In this document: positions 26,910 to 35,940 of the stretch, piece after piece
Layout of the letters: each line of letters starts with the position of its first letter
Position numbering within the stretch: the first letter of the stretch is position 1
Source of the DNA: Solirubrobacterales bacterium
Lineage (GTDB): Bacteria; Actinomycetota; Thermoleophilia; Solirubrobacterales; 70-9
Assembly: GCA_035712345.1 (NCBI GenBank)
Contig: DASTAY010000048.1
Coordinates: forward strand, 67,179 to 131,178
Reading direction: 5' to 3'
Length of the DNA stretch: 64,000 nucleotides
Translations under genes and position numbers: made by a program
The notes under the pieces: model-generated
What the model was told of the DNA's origin: nothing
The model's database searches: none
What the model saw: only the letters and a program-made list of their open reading frames with translations

Positions 26910-27647
26910 ATGTCGATCGACGTGACCGAGGCGACCTTCGGCGAGGAGGTGATCGAGCGCTCGCGCCGGCTGCCCGTGGTGGTCGACTTCTGGGCCGAGT
27001 GGTGTGGGCCCTGCCGCACGCTGACCCCGGCGCTCGAGGCGGCGGAGAAGGCGCGTGACGGCAAGGTGGTCCTGGCCAAGGTCGACGTCGACTCCAACCA
27101 GGGCCTGGCGGCGCGCTACCGGGTTCAGGGCATCCCCGCGGTGAAGGCGTTCCGGGACGGCCGGGTCGCGAGCGAGTTCGTCGGCGCCGTGCCGAGGGCG
27201 AGGGTGGAGGAGCTGTTCGACTCGCTCGTCCCTTCGCGGGCCGACGCGCTGCTCGCCAAAGGCGACGAGCTCTCGCTGCGCGAGGCGGCCGAACTCGAGC
27301 CGCGCCGCGCCGACATCGCGGTCGCGTTGGCGAAGGCGCGGCTCGAGCGGGGAGCCGAAGAGGAGGCGCTGGATGCGGTCGAGCCCTTCGAGGGCGATTT
27401 CGGCGCCGCGGGCATCGCCGCCAGGGTCAGGCTGGGCCGGCAGGGCGTCGGCGGCGAGGCCTTTGCCACGCTCGACCGCGGCCACCGCGAGGCGGCCCTG
27501 GATGCCCTGCTGGAGGAGATGGCCGGCGCGGATGAGGAGACCCGCGAGGATCTCCGCCGCGCCATCGTCGGCGTCCTCGACGAGCTCGACCCCGCCGATC
27601 CCACCGCGCGCGAGTACCGCAAGCGCCTCGCCGCGGTCCTCTACTGA
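26910..27647 (+). CDS. thioredoxin-domain protein with TPR-like C-terminal domain (YbbN/CnoX-like)
   Basis: The N-terminal thioredoxin fold has VVDFWAEWCGPCRTL and GIPAVKAF. It is followed by an ~130-aa helical repeat region. Confidence 0.8.
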   Translation: MSIDVTEATFGEEVIERSRRLPVVVDFWAEWCGPCRTLTPALEAAEKARDGKVVLAKVDVDSNQGLAARYRVQGIPAVKAFRDGRVASEFVGAVPRARVEELFDSLVPSRADALLAKGDELSLREAAELEPRRADIAVALAKARLERGAEEEALDAVEPFEGDFGAAGIAARVRLGRQGVGGEAFATLDRGHREAALDALLEEMAGADEETREDLRRAIVGVLDELDPADPTAREYRKRLAAVLY

Positions 27648-27808
27648 GTCAAAGCGGCACTGGGCGCCGTATTCGCGCGCACTGCCGCTTGGGTGCTCGG
27701 CTATGATGAAGACAAATGCATTCGGTGGGCGGTCGATGGAAGCTACTGCGGGGCCGGCATTGCCCTGGTCCTCTACCTGATCGTCAATTTCTTGGAAGCG
27801 GGTATCTC

Positions 27809-28030
27809 ATGAAGAGATTTGCGTGGTTGATCTCCCTATTCATGGCTTTGGCAGGGGCAGTGGCGATCGTCGTGGTCTCCGAGTCGCATTCGTGGGATAG
27901 CTCTGCGACGACTTGGGCTTTGGCGGCGGTTCTCGCAGTCCCCACCCTCGTCGACTTCGCCATGGTTCGCTTGAGAAGACGGTCCGTCCGCCGCCGCGAG
28001 AGCGGCGGGACGGCGCATCCGGCCAAGTAG
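27809..28030 (+). CDS. hypothetical 73-aa two-helix membrane protein in a lower-GC islet
   Basis: The ATG at 27809 gives MKRFAWLISLFMALAGAVAIVVVSE...ALAAVLAVPTLVDFAMV followed by a basic tail. The local GC is clearly lower than the surroundings. Confidence 0.35.
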   Translation: MKRFAWLISLFMALAGAVAIVVVSESHSWDSSATTWALAAVLAVPTLVDFAMVRLRRRSVRRRESGGTAHPAK

Positions 28031-28075
28031 ATAAGCCGGACAGGACCCGGCCGACGCGAGGGCGAATATGGCGGG

Positions 28076-29443
28076 ATGAGCTCGCCGCCGCCGCGCAAGG
28101 CACGACCGCCGCTGCCGCGGGGGCCGTTTCTCGTCGTCGGGCTCGCCCGGTCGGGCTGCGCCGCCGCGCGGCTGCTGGCCGAGCGCGGGGGGGAGGTGAC
28201 GGGGGTCGATTCCGGCAATCCCGCCGGCGCGGCAGGGCTTGTGGGGCATGGTGTCGAAGTTGCCCTGGATACGGATGGACTGGCTCAGCTCGATGGCATG
28301 CGGACCGTCGTCAAGAGCCCGGGCGTGCCCCGGGAGGCGCCGGTGATCGCTGCGGCGCTGGCGCGCGGGCTCGACGTCCTGGGCGAGCTCGAGCTGGCCT
28401 GGCGGGCCATCCCCAATCGCTTCCTCGCCGTGACCGGCACCAACGGCAAGACGACCACCGTCGAGATGCTCGGTCACGTCTACCGGAGCGCCGGGGAGCC
28501 GGTCGCCGTCGCCGGCAACGTCGGCACGCCGCTCGCCTCGCTTGCCGGCGAGCTCGAGCCCGGCGCGACCGTCGTCTGCGAGGCCTCCAGCTTCCAGCTC
28601 GAGGACACGTCCCACTTCGCGCCGGAGTGCGGCGTCTTCCTCAACCTCGCGCCTGACCATCTCGATCGCCATCGCGACCTCGAGGCCTATCTGGCGGCGA
28701 AGCTGCGGATCTTCGCCAACCAGGGCAACGACGACGTCGCCGTCTACAACGCCGACGACCCGGCCCTCGCGGGCACGGACCTCGGCGGCTGCGCGCGCCG
28801 CATCGCCTTCTGCCGGGGCGCCGCCCCGGAGTGCGAGGTGGCGCTGGCCGGGGGCACGATCTTCTACGACGGCGAGCCACTGCTGGCCGCCACGGAGCTG
28901 GGAGTCGCCGGCGAGCACAACGTCGCCAACGCGATGGCGGCGGCGACCGCCGCGCTGGCGATGGGGCTCGACCGCGATGCCGTGCGCGAGGGCCTGCGGA
29001 CCTTCGCCGGCGTCCCGCATCGCCTCGAGCAGGTCGCCGAGCTCGACGGCGTGCGCTACGTCAACGACTCCAAGGCGACCAACGTCGCCTCGGCATTCGT
29101 CGGGATCTCGACCTTCGACGGAGGCATCCACGCGATCCTCGGCGGCAGCGAGAAGGGCGAAGCGTTCGGCCAGCTGGTCGAGCCGGTGAGCGAGCGCTGC
29201 GCCGCCTGCTACCTGATCGGCGCCACTGCGGATCGTCTCGCGACCGAGCTCGCACCGGTCCTCGCCGCCGGCGTCGAGCTGCATCGCTGCGCCGATCTCG
29301 AGGACGCGGTGCGTCGTGCCCGCGCCGCCGCGCGTCCGGGCGAGGTCGTCCTGCTCTCGCCGGCCTGCGCCAGCTTCGATGCCTTCGAGAGCTTCGAGCG
29401 GCGCGGTGAGCGCTTCCGTGAGATCGTCGGAGCACTTGCGTGA
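28076..29443 (+). CDS. murD: UDP-N-acetylmuramoyl-L-alanine--D-glutamate ligase
   Basis: It has a Mur ligase P-loop (AVTGTNGKTTT) and the N-terminal VVGLARSG, and is followed by ftsW. Confidence 0.92.
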   Translation: MSSPPPRKARPPLPRGPFLVVGLARSGCAAARLLAERGGEVTGVDSGNPAGAAGLVGHGVEVALDTDGLAQLDGMRTVVKSPGVPREAPVIAAALARGLDVLGELELAWRAIPNRFLAVTGTNGKTTTVEMLGHVYRSAGEPVAVAGNVGTPLASLAGELEPGATVVCEASSFQLEDTSHFAPECGVFLNLAPDHLDRHRDLEAYLAAKLRIFANQGNDDVAVYNADDPALAGTDLGGCARRIAFCRGAAPECEVALAGGTIFYDGEPLLAATELGVAGEHNVANAMAAATAALAMGLDRDAVREGLRTFAGVPHRLEQVAELDGVRYVNDSKATNVASAFVGISTFDGGIHAILGGSEKGEAFGQLVEPVSERCAACYLIGATADRLATELAPVLAAGVELHRCADLEDAVRRARAAARPGEVVLLSPACASFDAFESFERRGERFREIVGALA

Positions 29444-30774
29444 GCGCGCTCTCGCTGCCCTGGCCGAGGCCGAAGCGGAAGGCCGGGAAGTCGGCGGCCA
29501 AGGCGAAGGCGAAACGGCGCGCCGCGAAGCTGCCCGCCGAGTACAACCTGCTGCTCACCGCGACCCTCTGCCTGCTCGCCTTCGGCGCGGTGATGGTCTT
29601 CTCGGCCAGCTCGACCACCCGCATCCTCAACGACGGCGGCCTCTCCGACAGCGCCTTCTACCTGAAGCGCACGCTGCTCTTCGGCGCCGTCGGCCTGGCG
29701 ATCATGCACGTGACCGCCCGCCACGGCCTGGAGACGATCCGCCGCCTCACCCCGGCGATCCTCGGCATCTCGATGTTCCTGCTCTTCGCGGTGCTCTTCG
29801 GCGGCACCTCGGTAAACGGCTCGAGCCGTTGGATCGGTCCCAGCTTCATCCAGCTGCAGCCCTCCGAGATCGCCAAGGTGGCGCTGATCCTCTACGGGGC
29901 CGACCTGCTCGCCCGCAAGCCGAAGCGGGCGCGCACGCTCGAGGGGCTGATGCCCTTCCTGCTGGTGGTCGGCGCCGCAACCCTGTTGATCGTGGTCGAG
30001 CCCGACATGGGCACCGCGATGGTCATCGCCTTCGCCGTCACCGCCACCCTGATCGCCGCCGGGATGCGCATTCGCGACCTCGCCCTGATCGCCGCGGGGC
30101 TCGCCGTCTTCGGGTTGCTGCTGACGGTGATCGAGCCCTACCGGATGGCCCGCCTGACCGGCTTCCTCAACCCGGGCGCCGACGCGGGCGGCGCCGGCTT
30201 CCAGGCGGCGCAGGCGAAGATCGCGCTCGGCTCGGGCGGCATCTTCGGGGTCGGCATCGGCAACGGGGTGCAGAAGGCCTTCTACCTGCCCGAGGCGCAC
30301 ACCGACATGATCTCGGCGGTGATCGGCGAGGAGCTCGGCCTGGTCGGCATCCTCGGCGTCGTCGGGCTCTTCGGCCTCTTCGGCTATGCCGGCCTGCAGG
30401 TCGCCAAGAAAGCCAAGGACAACTACGGCAAGCTGCTCGTAGCCGGGCTCACCTCGCTCGTCCTCGTGCAGGCGACGATCAACCTCTTCGCCGTGATGGG
30501 GCTGGCGCCGCTGACCGGGGTGCCGCTGCCGTTCGTCTCCTACGGCAACAGCAGCCTGATGGCGACGCTGTTCGCCGTCGGGCTGATCCTCAACGTCGCG
30601 CGCGGGGGGACCGCCCGCGCTGGCAAACTGCGCGTCGTCGAGGGCGGGCGCAAGCCCGCACGTGGAAGGAGCCGATCGAGCAGTGCCAGAAGCCGTAAGA
30701 GTGGTGGTGGCAGCCGGGGGAACGGCGGGTCACGTCGTACCGGCCATGGCGGTCGCAGACGAGCTTCGGGCTAG
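29440..30774 (+). CDS. ftsW: SEDS-family peptidoglycan glycosyltransferase FtsW with Arg/Gly/Ser-rich C-terminal tail
   Basis: This polytopic protein has QPSEIAK, PDMGTA, LPEAHTDMI and PLPFVSYGNSS motifs and sits in dcw context. Confidence 0.9.
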   Translation: MSALSLPWPRPKRKAGKSAAKAKAKRRAAKLPAEYNLLLTATLCLLAFGAVMVFSASSTTRILNDGGLSDSAFYLKRTLLFGAVGLAIMHVTARHGLETIRRLTPAILGISMFLLFAVLFGGTSVNGSSRWIGPSFIQLQPSEIAKVALILYGADLLARKPKRARTLEGLMPFLLVVGAATLLIVVEPDMGTAMVIAFAVTATLIAAGMRIRDLALIAAGLAVFGLLLTVIEPYRMARLTGFLNPGADAGGAGFQAAQAKIALGSGGIFGVGIGNGVQKAFYLPEAHTDMISAVIGEELGLVGILGVVGLFGLFGYAGLQVAKKAKDNYGKLLVAGLTSLVLVQATINLFAVMGLAPLTGVPLPFVSYGNSSLMATLFAVGLILNVARGGTARAGKLRVVEGGRKPARGRSRSSSARSRKSGGGSRGNGGSRRTGHGGRRRASG

Positions 30775-31774
30775 CGGCGCCGAGGTCTCCTTCCTCGGTA
30801 CGCGCGAGCGGATCGAGGCCGACCTGGTTCCCTCCGCCGGCTATGAGATCGACTTCGTCAAGGTGCGGGGGATTGATCGTGGCAGCCGCGTGCGGGCAGC
30901 CAGGGCGGGGGTCGAGGCGGTCGCTGCGGTGGGAACGGCGTCCCGGGTCCTCTGGCGCCGCCGGCCCGACGTGGTGATGGGCGGCGGCGGCTTCGTCGCC
31001 GGCCCGGCCGGCCTGGCCGCCGCGCTTGCCCGCGTCCCGCTCGTCCTGACCGAGGCCGACAGCCACCTCGGGCTCGCCAACCGGTTGCTCGCGCGCCAGG
31101 CCAAGCGCGTCTGCCTCGCCTTCCCGATCGCCGGGCGGGACGGCAAGCGGTACCTGCTCACGGGACGGCCGGTGCCCGAGGCGGTGCTCGCCGCGGATCG
31201 CGAGTCCGCCCGGGAGCGCTTCGGCATCGCCCCCGGCGCCCGCTGCCTGCTCGTGATGGGAGGCAGCCAGGGCGCCCGCTCGATCAACGAGTGCGCCGTC
31301 GCCGCGCTGGCCGAGCGAGGCGGGCGCGACTTCGACGTCATCCACCTCGCCGGCAGCCGGGACTTCGATGCCCTGAACGAGCGCCTCGCCGCGGCGCCTC
31401 ACAACCGGCGGTACGTTCTGCTGGCCTACGAGCCCGATCTCGGCGACTGCCTGGCGGCCTGCGACCTGGTGCTGGGTCGCTCGGGCGGCTCGATCTTCGA
31501 GCTGACCGCGGCCGGGCGGCCGGCGATCCTGGTGCCGTACCCACACGCCGCCGCCGGCCATCAGGAGAGCAACGCGGCCTGGATGGCCGAGGCGGGCGCC
31601 GCCACGGTGATCGCCGATGCGGAGCTCGAGGCGGGCCGGCTCTCGACCGAGGTCGCGGCGCTCCTCGCCGATGAGGAGCGTCTCACCTCGATGTCGGCGG
31701 CCTCGGCGAGCCTGGCCAAGCCCGACGCGGCCAGGCGGATCGCGGCCGAGGTCCTGGGGGCGGTGCGATCTTGA
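30662..31774 (+). CDS. murG: UDP-N-acetylglucosamine--N-acetylmuramyl-(pentapeptide) pyrophosphoryl-undecaprenol GlcNAc transferase (likely true start GTG 30683)
   Basis: It has AAGGTAGHVVPAMAVADEL, EADLVP and GGSQGA motifs. Either start overlaps the ftsW 3-prime end by about 90-110 nt. Confidence 0.9.
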   Translation: MEGADRAVPEAVRVVVAAGGTAGHVVPAMAVADELRASGAEVSFLGTRERIEADLVPSAGYEIDFVKVRGIDRGSRVRAARAGVEAVAAVGTASRVLWRRRPDVVMGGGGFVAGPAGLAAALARVPLVLTEADSHLGLANRLLARQAKRVCLAFPIAGRDGKRYLLTGRPVPEAVLAADRESARERFGIAPGARCLLVMGGSQGARSINECAVAALAERGGRDFDVIHLAGSRDFDALNERLAAAPHNRRYVLLAYEPDLGDCLAACDLVLGRSGGSIFELTAAGRPAILVPYPHAAAGHQESNAAWMAEAGAATVIADAELEAGRLSTEVAALLADEERLTSMSAASASLAKPDAARRIAAEVLGAVRS

Positions 31775-33030
31775 GCGGGTGGTCCGAGCGGCGGCTGCAC
31801 TTCATCGGCATCGGCGGGGCGGGGATGAGCGGCCTGGCGCTGGTCTGCGCCGAGCTCGGCGCGACCGTGACCGGCAGCGACCGCAGCGACTCCTCTTATA
31901 TGGAGCGCCTGCGCGCCGCCGGGCTCGAGCCGGCCATCGGCCACGATGCCGACAACCTGCCGGCCGGCGCGGAGGTGGTCGTCTCGACCGCGATCGCCGC
32001 CGAGAACCCGGAGCTGGCCCTGGCGCGTGAGCGGGGCCTCACGGTCCGCCGTCGCGGCGAGCTGCTGGCCGAGCTCTGCGCCGAGAAGCGCCTGATCGCG
32101 ATCGCCGGCACGCACGGCAAGACGACGACGACCGCGATGCTCGTCTGGGCGCTGCGCGAGCTCGGCGCCGACCCGGCCTTCTTCGTCGGAGGCGAGGTGC
32201 CCGGACTGGGGCCGGGCGGCGGCGCCGCGAACGCCGGCTGGGGCGGGGGGGAGTGGGTGGTCGCCGAGGCCGACGAGAGCGATGCCAGCTTCCTCGACCT
32301 CGCGCCCCAGATCGCCGTCGTCACCAACATCGAGATGGACCACCACTCGCGCTGGGGCTCGATCGCCGAGCTGCGCGCGGCCTTCGACCGCTTTGCCGAA
32401 GGCGCGAGGTTGGCCGAGTTCGACCTCGAGTCGCCCGGTCCGGACGATCTTCGCCTCGCCGTGCCAGGCCGCCACAACGTGCTCAATGCGCGCGCCGCCC
32501 TGGCGGCGGCCGAGCTCGCCGGCTTCGACTCCGACGCCGTCGCCGCGGGGCTCGCCGGCTTTCCCGGCGTCCATCGCAGGCTCGAGCTGAAGGGGGAACG
32601 CGGCGGGGCGCGCATCTACGACGACTACGCCCATCACCCGACCGAGGTGCGGGCGGCGCTGGGAGCGTTGCGCGAATCCCGGCCCTCGCGGCTGGTCGCG
32701 GCCTTCCAGCCCCACCTCTACTCGCGCACCAAGGTCTTCGCCGAGCAGTTCGGCGCGGCGCTCGCGCTGGCCGACGAAGCAGTCGTCCTCGACGTCTACC
32801 CCGCGCGCGAGGAGCCGATCGGCGAGCTGGCCGGGGTCAGCGGCCTGGACGTCGCTCGCGCCGCGGCCGACCGGATGGCCGGGAGGCCGGTGATCTGGGC
32901 GCCGGAGTTGGAGCAGGCTCAGGCGGCGCTCGGAGCGCGCCTTGGCCCCGGGGTGGTTGCGGTGACGATCGGCGCCGGCGACGTGCTGCGGATCGGCGAG
33001 ATGCTGCTTGCGGAAGGGGCGCCGGCATGA
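31771..33030 (+). CDS. murC: UDP-N-acetylmuramate--L-alanine ligase
   Basis: It has HFIGIGGAGMSGLA and IAGTHGKTTTTAM motifs. Its start is coupled to the murG stop. Confidence 0.92.
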   Translation: MSGWSERRLHFIGIGGAGMSGLALVCAELGATVTGSDRSDSSYMERLRAAGLEPAIGHDADNLPAGAEVVVSTAIAAENPELALARERGLTVRRRGELLAELCAEKRLIAIAGTHGKTTTTAMLVWALRELGADPAFFVGGEVPGLGPGGGAANAGWGGGEWVVAEADESDASFLDLAPQIAVVTNIEMDHHSRWGSIAELRAAFDRFAEGARLAEFDLESPGPDDLRLAVPGRHNVLNARAALAAAELAGFDSDAVAAGLAGFPGVHRRLELKGERGGARIYDDYAHHPTEVRAALGALRESRPSRLVAAFQPHLYSRTKVFAEQFGAALALADEAVVLDVYPAREEPIGELAGVSGLDVARAAADRMAGRPVIWAPELEQAQAALGARLGPGVVAVTIGAGDVLRIGEMLLAEGAPA

Positions 33031-33941
33031 ACGATCCGCCCGCCGGGGTCGAGCGCGACTTCTCCCTTGGCCGCCTGACCACCGTTCGCGCCGGGGGCGC
33101 CGCCGACTGGTTCGCCCGTCCGGCAGGGGTCGACCAGCTGGTCGCGCTGTTGGCCTGGGCGGAGACCGAGGGGATCCCTGTCGGCATCGTCGGCTCGGGC
33201 TCGAACCTGCTCGTCGCCGACGACGGCTTCCACGGCCTGGTGCTGAAGCTCGATGGCGACCTGGCCTCTGTTGCGCTGCAGGGCGAGCGGTTTCTCTGCG
33301 GCGGCGGCGCCCGGCTTCCCTCGGCCGCGGCCAAAGCCGCCGGTTGGGGGCTGGTGGGCCTCGAGTTCGGCGTCAACATCCCCGGCACGGTCGGCGGTGC
33401 GGTGAAGATGAACGCCAACGCCTACGGCGGCGAGCTCGCCAGGGTGATCGAGTGGGTCGAGGTCGCCACCCGGGCGGGAACCGAGCGGCGCCCGCCGGAG
33501 CAGCTCGGCTTTGCGTACCGCAGCTCCAGCCTGGGGGAGGGCGAGGTGGTCGCCCGCGTCTCCTTCTGGCTGCAGCGAGGCGACCCCGGGACGATCAAGG
33601 CGACGATGTCCGCTATGCGAGAGAAACGCCACCGGGCGCAGCCGTCCGGCATCAAGACCTTCGGCTCCACCTTCAAGAACCCGGAGGACGTGCGCGCCGA
33701 GGGGCGCACCGCGGGGCAGCTGCTCGAGGCGGCCGGCTGCCAGGGCCTGCGGGTCGGCGGCGCTCGCTTCTCGCCGACGCACGCGAACTTCGTCGAGAAC
33801 ACCGGCGAGGCGACGACGGCCGACGTGCTGGCGCTGATGGCCGCCGGCCGCCGACGCGTCCACGAGCGCTTCGGTGTCGCGCTCGAGCCGGAGGTGCAGC
33901 TGCTCGGCGAGGTGCGCTGGCCGGAGGACTGGGAGCTGTGA
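33027..33941 (+). CDS. murB: UDP-N-acetylenolpyruvoylglucosamine reductase
   Basis: ATG at 33027 overlaps the murC stop (ATGA). The product has the FAD-binding LTTVRAGGAADWF..GSGSNLLV and GSTFKNP. The 562-aa track ORF is an artefactual upstream extension. Confidence 0.9.
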   Translation: MNDPPAGVERDFSLGRLTTVRAGGAADWFARPAGVDQLVALLAWAETEGIPVGIVGSGSNLLVADDGFHGLVLKLDGDLASVALQGERFLCGGGARLPSAAAKAAGWGLVGLEFGVNIPGTVGGAVKMNANAYGGELARVIEWVEVATRAGTERRPPEQLGFAYRSSSLGEGEVVARVSFWLQRGDPGTIKATMSAMREKRHRAQPSGIKTFGSTFKNPEDVRAEGRTAGQLLEAAGCQGLRVGGARFSPTHANFVENTGEATTADVLALMAAGRRRVHERFGVALEPEVQLLGEVRWPEDWEL

Positions 33942-34468
33942 GGCGCCTGCGGTTTCTCTGGGTGCTTGTCGCGGTGATCGTGGCCGGGGCAGTGTGGCAA
34001 TTGCTGTTCAACGGAAAGACCGTCGGGCCGACCGTGATCGTGCCACGCGCAACGGCGACGATCGGCTCCGGCGCGGACGCGGTCGCCGTCGGCCCCGGTG
34101 GCCAGCTGCTCGGCTGGTTGCCCGTCTCAGAGGACGCTCAGCTGCCGGCGCTGCCGCTCACCGCGCCACCCAGGAACGGTCGCCTGGCGGGCCCCGTCCT
34201 CCAGCAGGCAAAGGTGCTGGGCGCGGCGCCCGCGGGCCTGCGCCCCTACCTGGAGAGCAGCTACGACGGCGAAAGCGGTGTGGACGTGAGGCTGCGCTCG
34301 GGGATCGAACTGCGCTTCGGCGACGCGTCGCAGGTGCGGGCGAAGTGGAAGGCCGCGGCGGCGGTGCTGGCCGACCCATCGGTCACCTCACTCGATTATG
34401 TAGACCTGCATGCGCCGGGGCGCCCCGCCGTAGGCGGCTCTGGGCATACGCTTCCGCCCGTCGAATGA
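33938..34468 (+). CDS. ftsQ: short FtsQ/DivIB-like cell division protein (176 aa)
   Basis: GTG at 33938 overlaps the murB stop. The N-terminal membrane anchor is LRFLWVLVAVIVAGAVWQLLF. The position between murB and ftsZ fits FtsQ, but the domain itself is short and only weakly recognisable. Confidence 0.55.
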   Translation: MRRLRFLWVLVAVIVAGAVWQLLFNGKTVGPTVIVPRATATIGSGADAVAVGPGGQLLGWLPVSEDAQLPALPLTAPPRNGRLAGPVLQQAKVLGAAPAGLRPYLESSYDGESGVDVRLRSGIELRFGDASQVRAKWKAAAAVLADPSVTSLDYVDLHAPGRPAVGGSGHTLPPVE

Positions 34469-34548
34469 ACCCTCGACCGCAGGGTTAGACTGAGGGGAAC
34501 CTCAAGTAAGCATCGAGACTTGGCGCTTGCAGGATGCTGCCCGGCGGT

Positions 34549-34577
34549 TTGACAGGCCCCCGAAAATGCCCTACGTT
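34549..34577 (+). promoter_or_regulatory. candidate housekeeping-sigma promoter upstream of ftsZ
   Basis: TTGACA (34549-34554) is followed by a 17-nt spacer and TACGTT (34572-34577). It lies in the 255-bp lower-GC ftsQ-ftsZ spacer. Confidence 0.3.
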
Positions 34578-34723
34578 GAGCGCAATTTCCGTGCTTCAGG
34601 AGTAGGCTTGAACCCTTAAGCCTTGCTGAAGCGTCGGACGGAACAAAGGCTCAACTCAAATCCAGTCCTGGCGGATTGGGCAGATACCAGCCCCGGCGGG
34701 GCTGGGTTTGGAGAAATCGGGAG

Positions 34724-35806
34724 ATGGAATCCACTTACCTGGCTGTGATCAAGGTCGTCGGCGCCGGCGGCGGGGGCACCAATGCCGTCAGCCGGATGGT
34801 CGACGCGGGGATTCGCGGCGTCGAGTTCGTCGCGGTCAACACCGACGCGCAGGCGCTGCAGGCGTGCGACGCCGACATCAAGCTCTCGATCGGCCAGGAG
34901 CTGACCCGCGGCCTCGGTGCCGGCGGCAACCCCGAGGTCGGGGCAGGCGCCGCCGCGGAGAGTCGCGACGAGATCAAGGAGGCGCTGAAGGGCGCCGACA
35001 TGGTCTTCGTCACCGCGGGCGAGGGTGGCGGCACCGGCACCGGCTCGGCGCCGGTGATCGCCGAGATCGCCAAGGAAGAGATCGGCGCGCTGACCGTCGG
35101 CGCCGTGACCAAGCCGTTCGAGTTCGAGGGCAAACGACGGATGCAGCAGGCGCTCGAGGGCATCGAGAAGCTGCGCAACAACGTCGACACCCTGATCATC
35201 GTCCCCAACGAGAAGCTGCTGCAGGCGGTCGAGCGGCGCACCAGCGTGCTCGAGGCGTTTCGCCAGGCGGACGACATCCTGCGCCAGGGCGTGCAGGGCA
35301 TCACCGACCTGATCACGATCCCAGGCCTGATCAACCTCGACTTCGCCGACGTGCGCACGATCATGCGCGACGCCGGCTCCGCCCTGATGGGCGTCGGCGC
35401 CGCCTCGGGCGAGTCGCGCGCCGTCGACGCCGCCAAGGCGGCCGTCACCTCGCCCTTGATCGAGGAGTCGATCAAGGGCGCGACCGGGATGCTGCTCAAC
35501 ATCACCGGCCCCGAGGACCTCGGCCTCTTCGAGGTCAACGAGGCGGCCCAGCTGGTCCAGGCCGAAGCCGACGACAACGCCAACATCATCTTCGGCTCGG
35601 TCGTCGACCAGTCGATGCGCGACGAGGTCCGCGTCACGGTGATCGCCACCGGCTTCGAGGGCTTCGAGCTGCTCGCCCGCTCGCCGCAGCGTGTCCGCCG
35701 TCGCTACGAGAGCCGCGGGCCGCGGATCTCGGCCGAGGACACCGACATCCGCAAACTGCGGGTCTCAGACGACGACATCGACGTTCCCGGGTTCCTCAAG
35801 GAATAG
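34724..35806 (+). CDS. ftsZ: cell division GTPase FtsZ
   Basis: The ATG at 34724 is preceded by GGGAG. The sequence has [14 protein letters not shown], the tubulin signature [11 protein letters not shown], and the C-terminal [10 protein letters not shown] peptide. Confidence 0.95.
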   Translation: MESTYLAVIKVVGAGGGGTNAVSRMVDAGIRGVEFVAVNTDAQALQACDADIKLSIGQELTRGLGAGGNPEVGAGAAAESRDEIKEALKGADMVFVTAGEGGGTGTGSAPVIAEIAKEEIGALTVGAVTKPFEFEGKRRMQQALEGIEKLRNNVDTLIIVPNEKLLQAVERRTSVLEAFRQADDILRQGVQGITDLITIPGLINLDFADVRTIMRDAGSALMGVGAASGESRAVDAAKAAVTSPLIEESIKGATGMLLNITGPEDLGLFEVNEAAQLVQAEADDNANIIFGSVVDQSMRDEVRVTVIATGFEGFELLARSPQRVRRRYESRGPRISAEDTDIRKLRVSDDDIDVPGFLKE

Positions 35807-35827
35807 ATCTAGATCCGTTAAGGGCGG

Positions 35828-35932
35828 GGAGCGTCGGGCGGCCCTCTCCCGGAGGCCGTCGCGCAGCTGGGTTGGCCGTGTGGCTTCGGAGCGGGGCACA
35901 TGAGCCTCCGGGAGAGGGCCGCCCGACGCTCC
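35828..35932. repeat. 29-bp perfect inverted repeat with 47-nt spacer (putative bidirectional terminator or REP-like element)
   Basis: I checked base by base that GGAGCGTCGGGCGGCCCTCTCCCGGAGGC (35828-35856) is the exact reverse complement of 35904-35932. It lies between convergent ftsZ and the GNAT gene. Confidence 0.85.
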
Positions 35933-35940
35933 TTCGTCGC

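Noticed and set aside
32253-33941. A 562-aa ORF suggests a giant MurB.
   Set aside because: MurB homology begins at the ATG at 33027, which is coupled to the murC stop. The upstream 258 codons are an out-of-frame read through murC with an Arg/Pro-rich translation.
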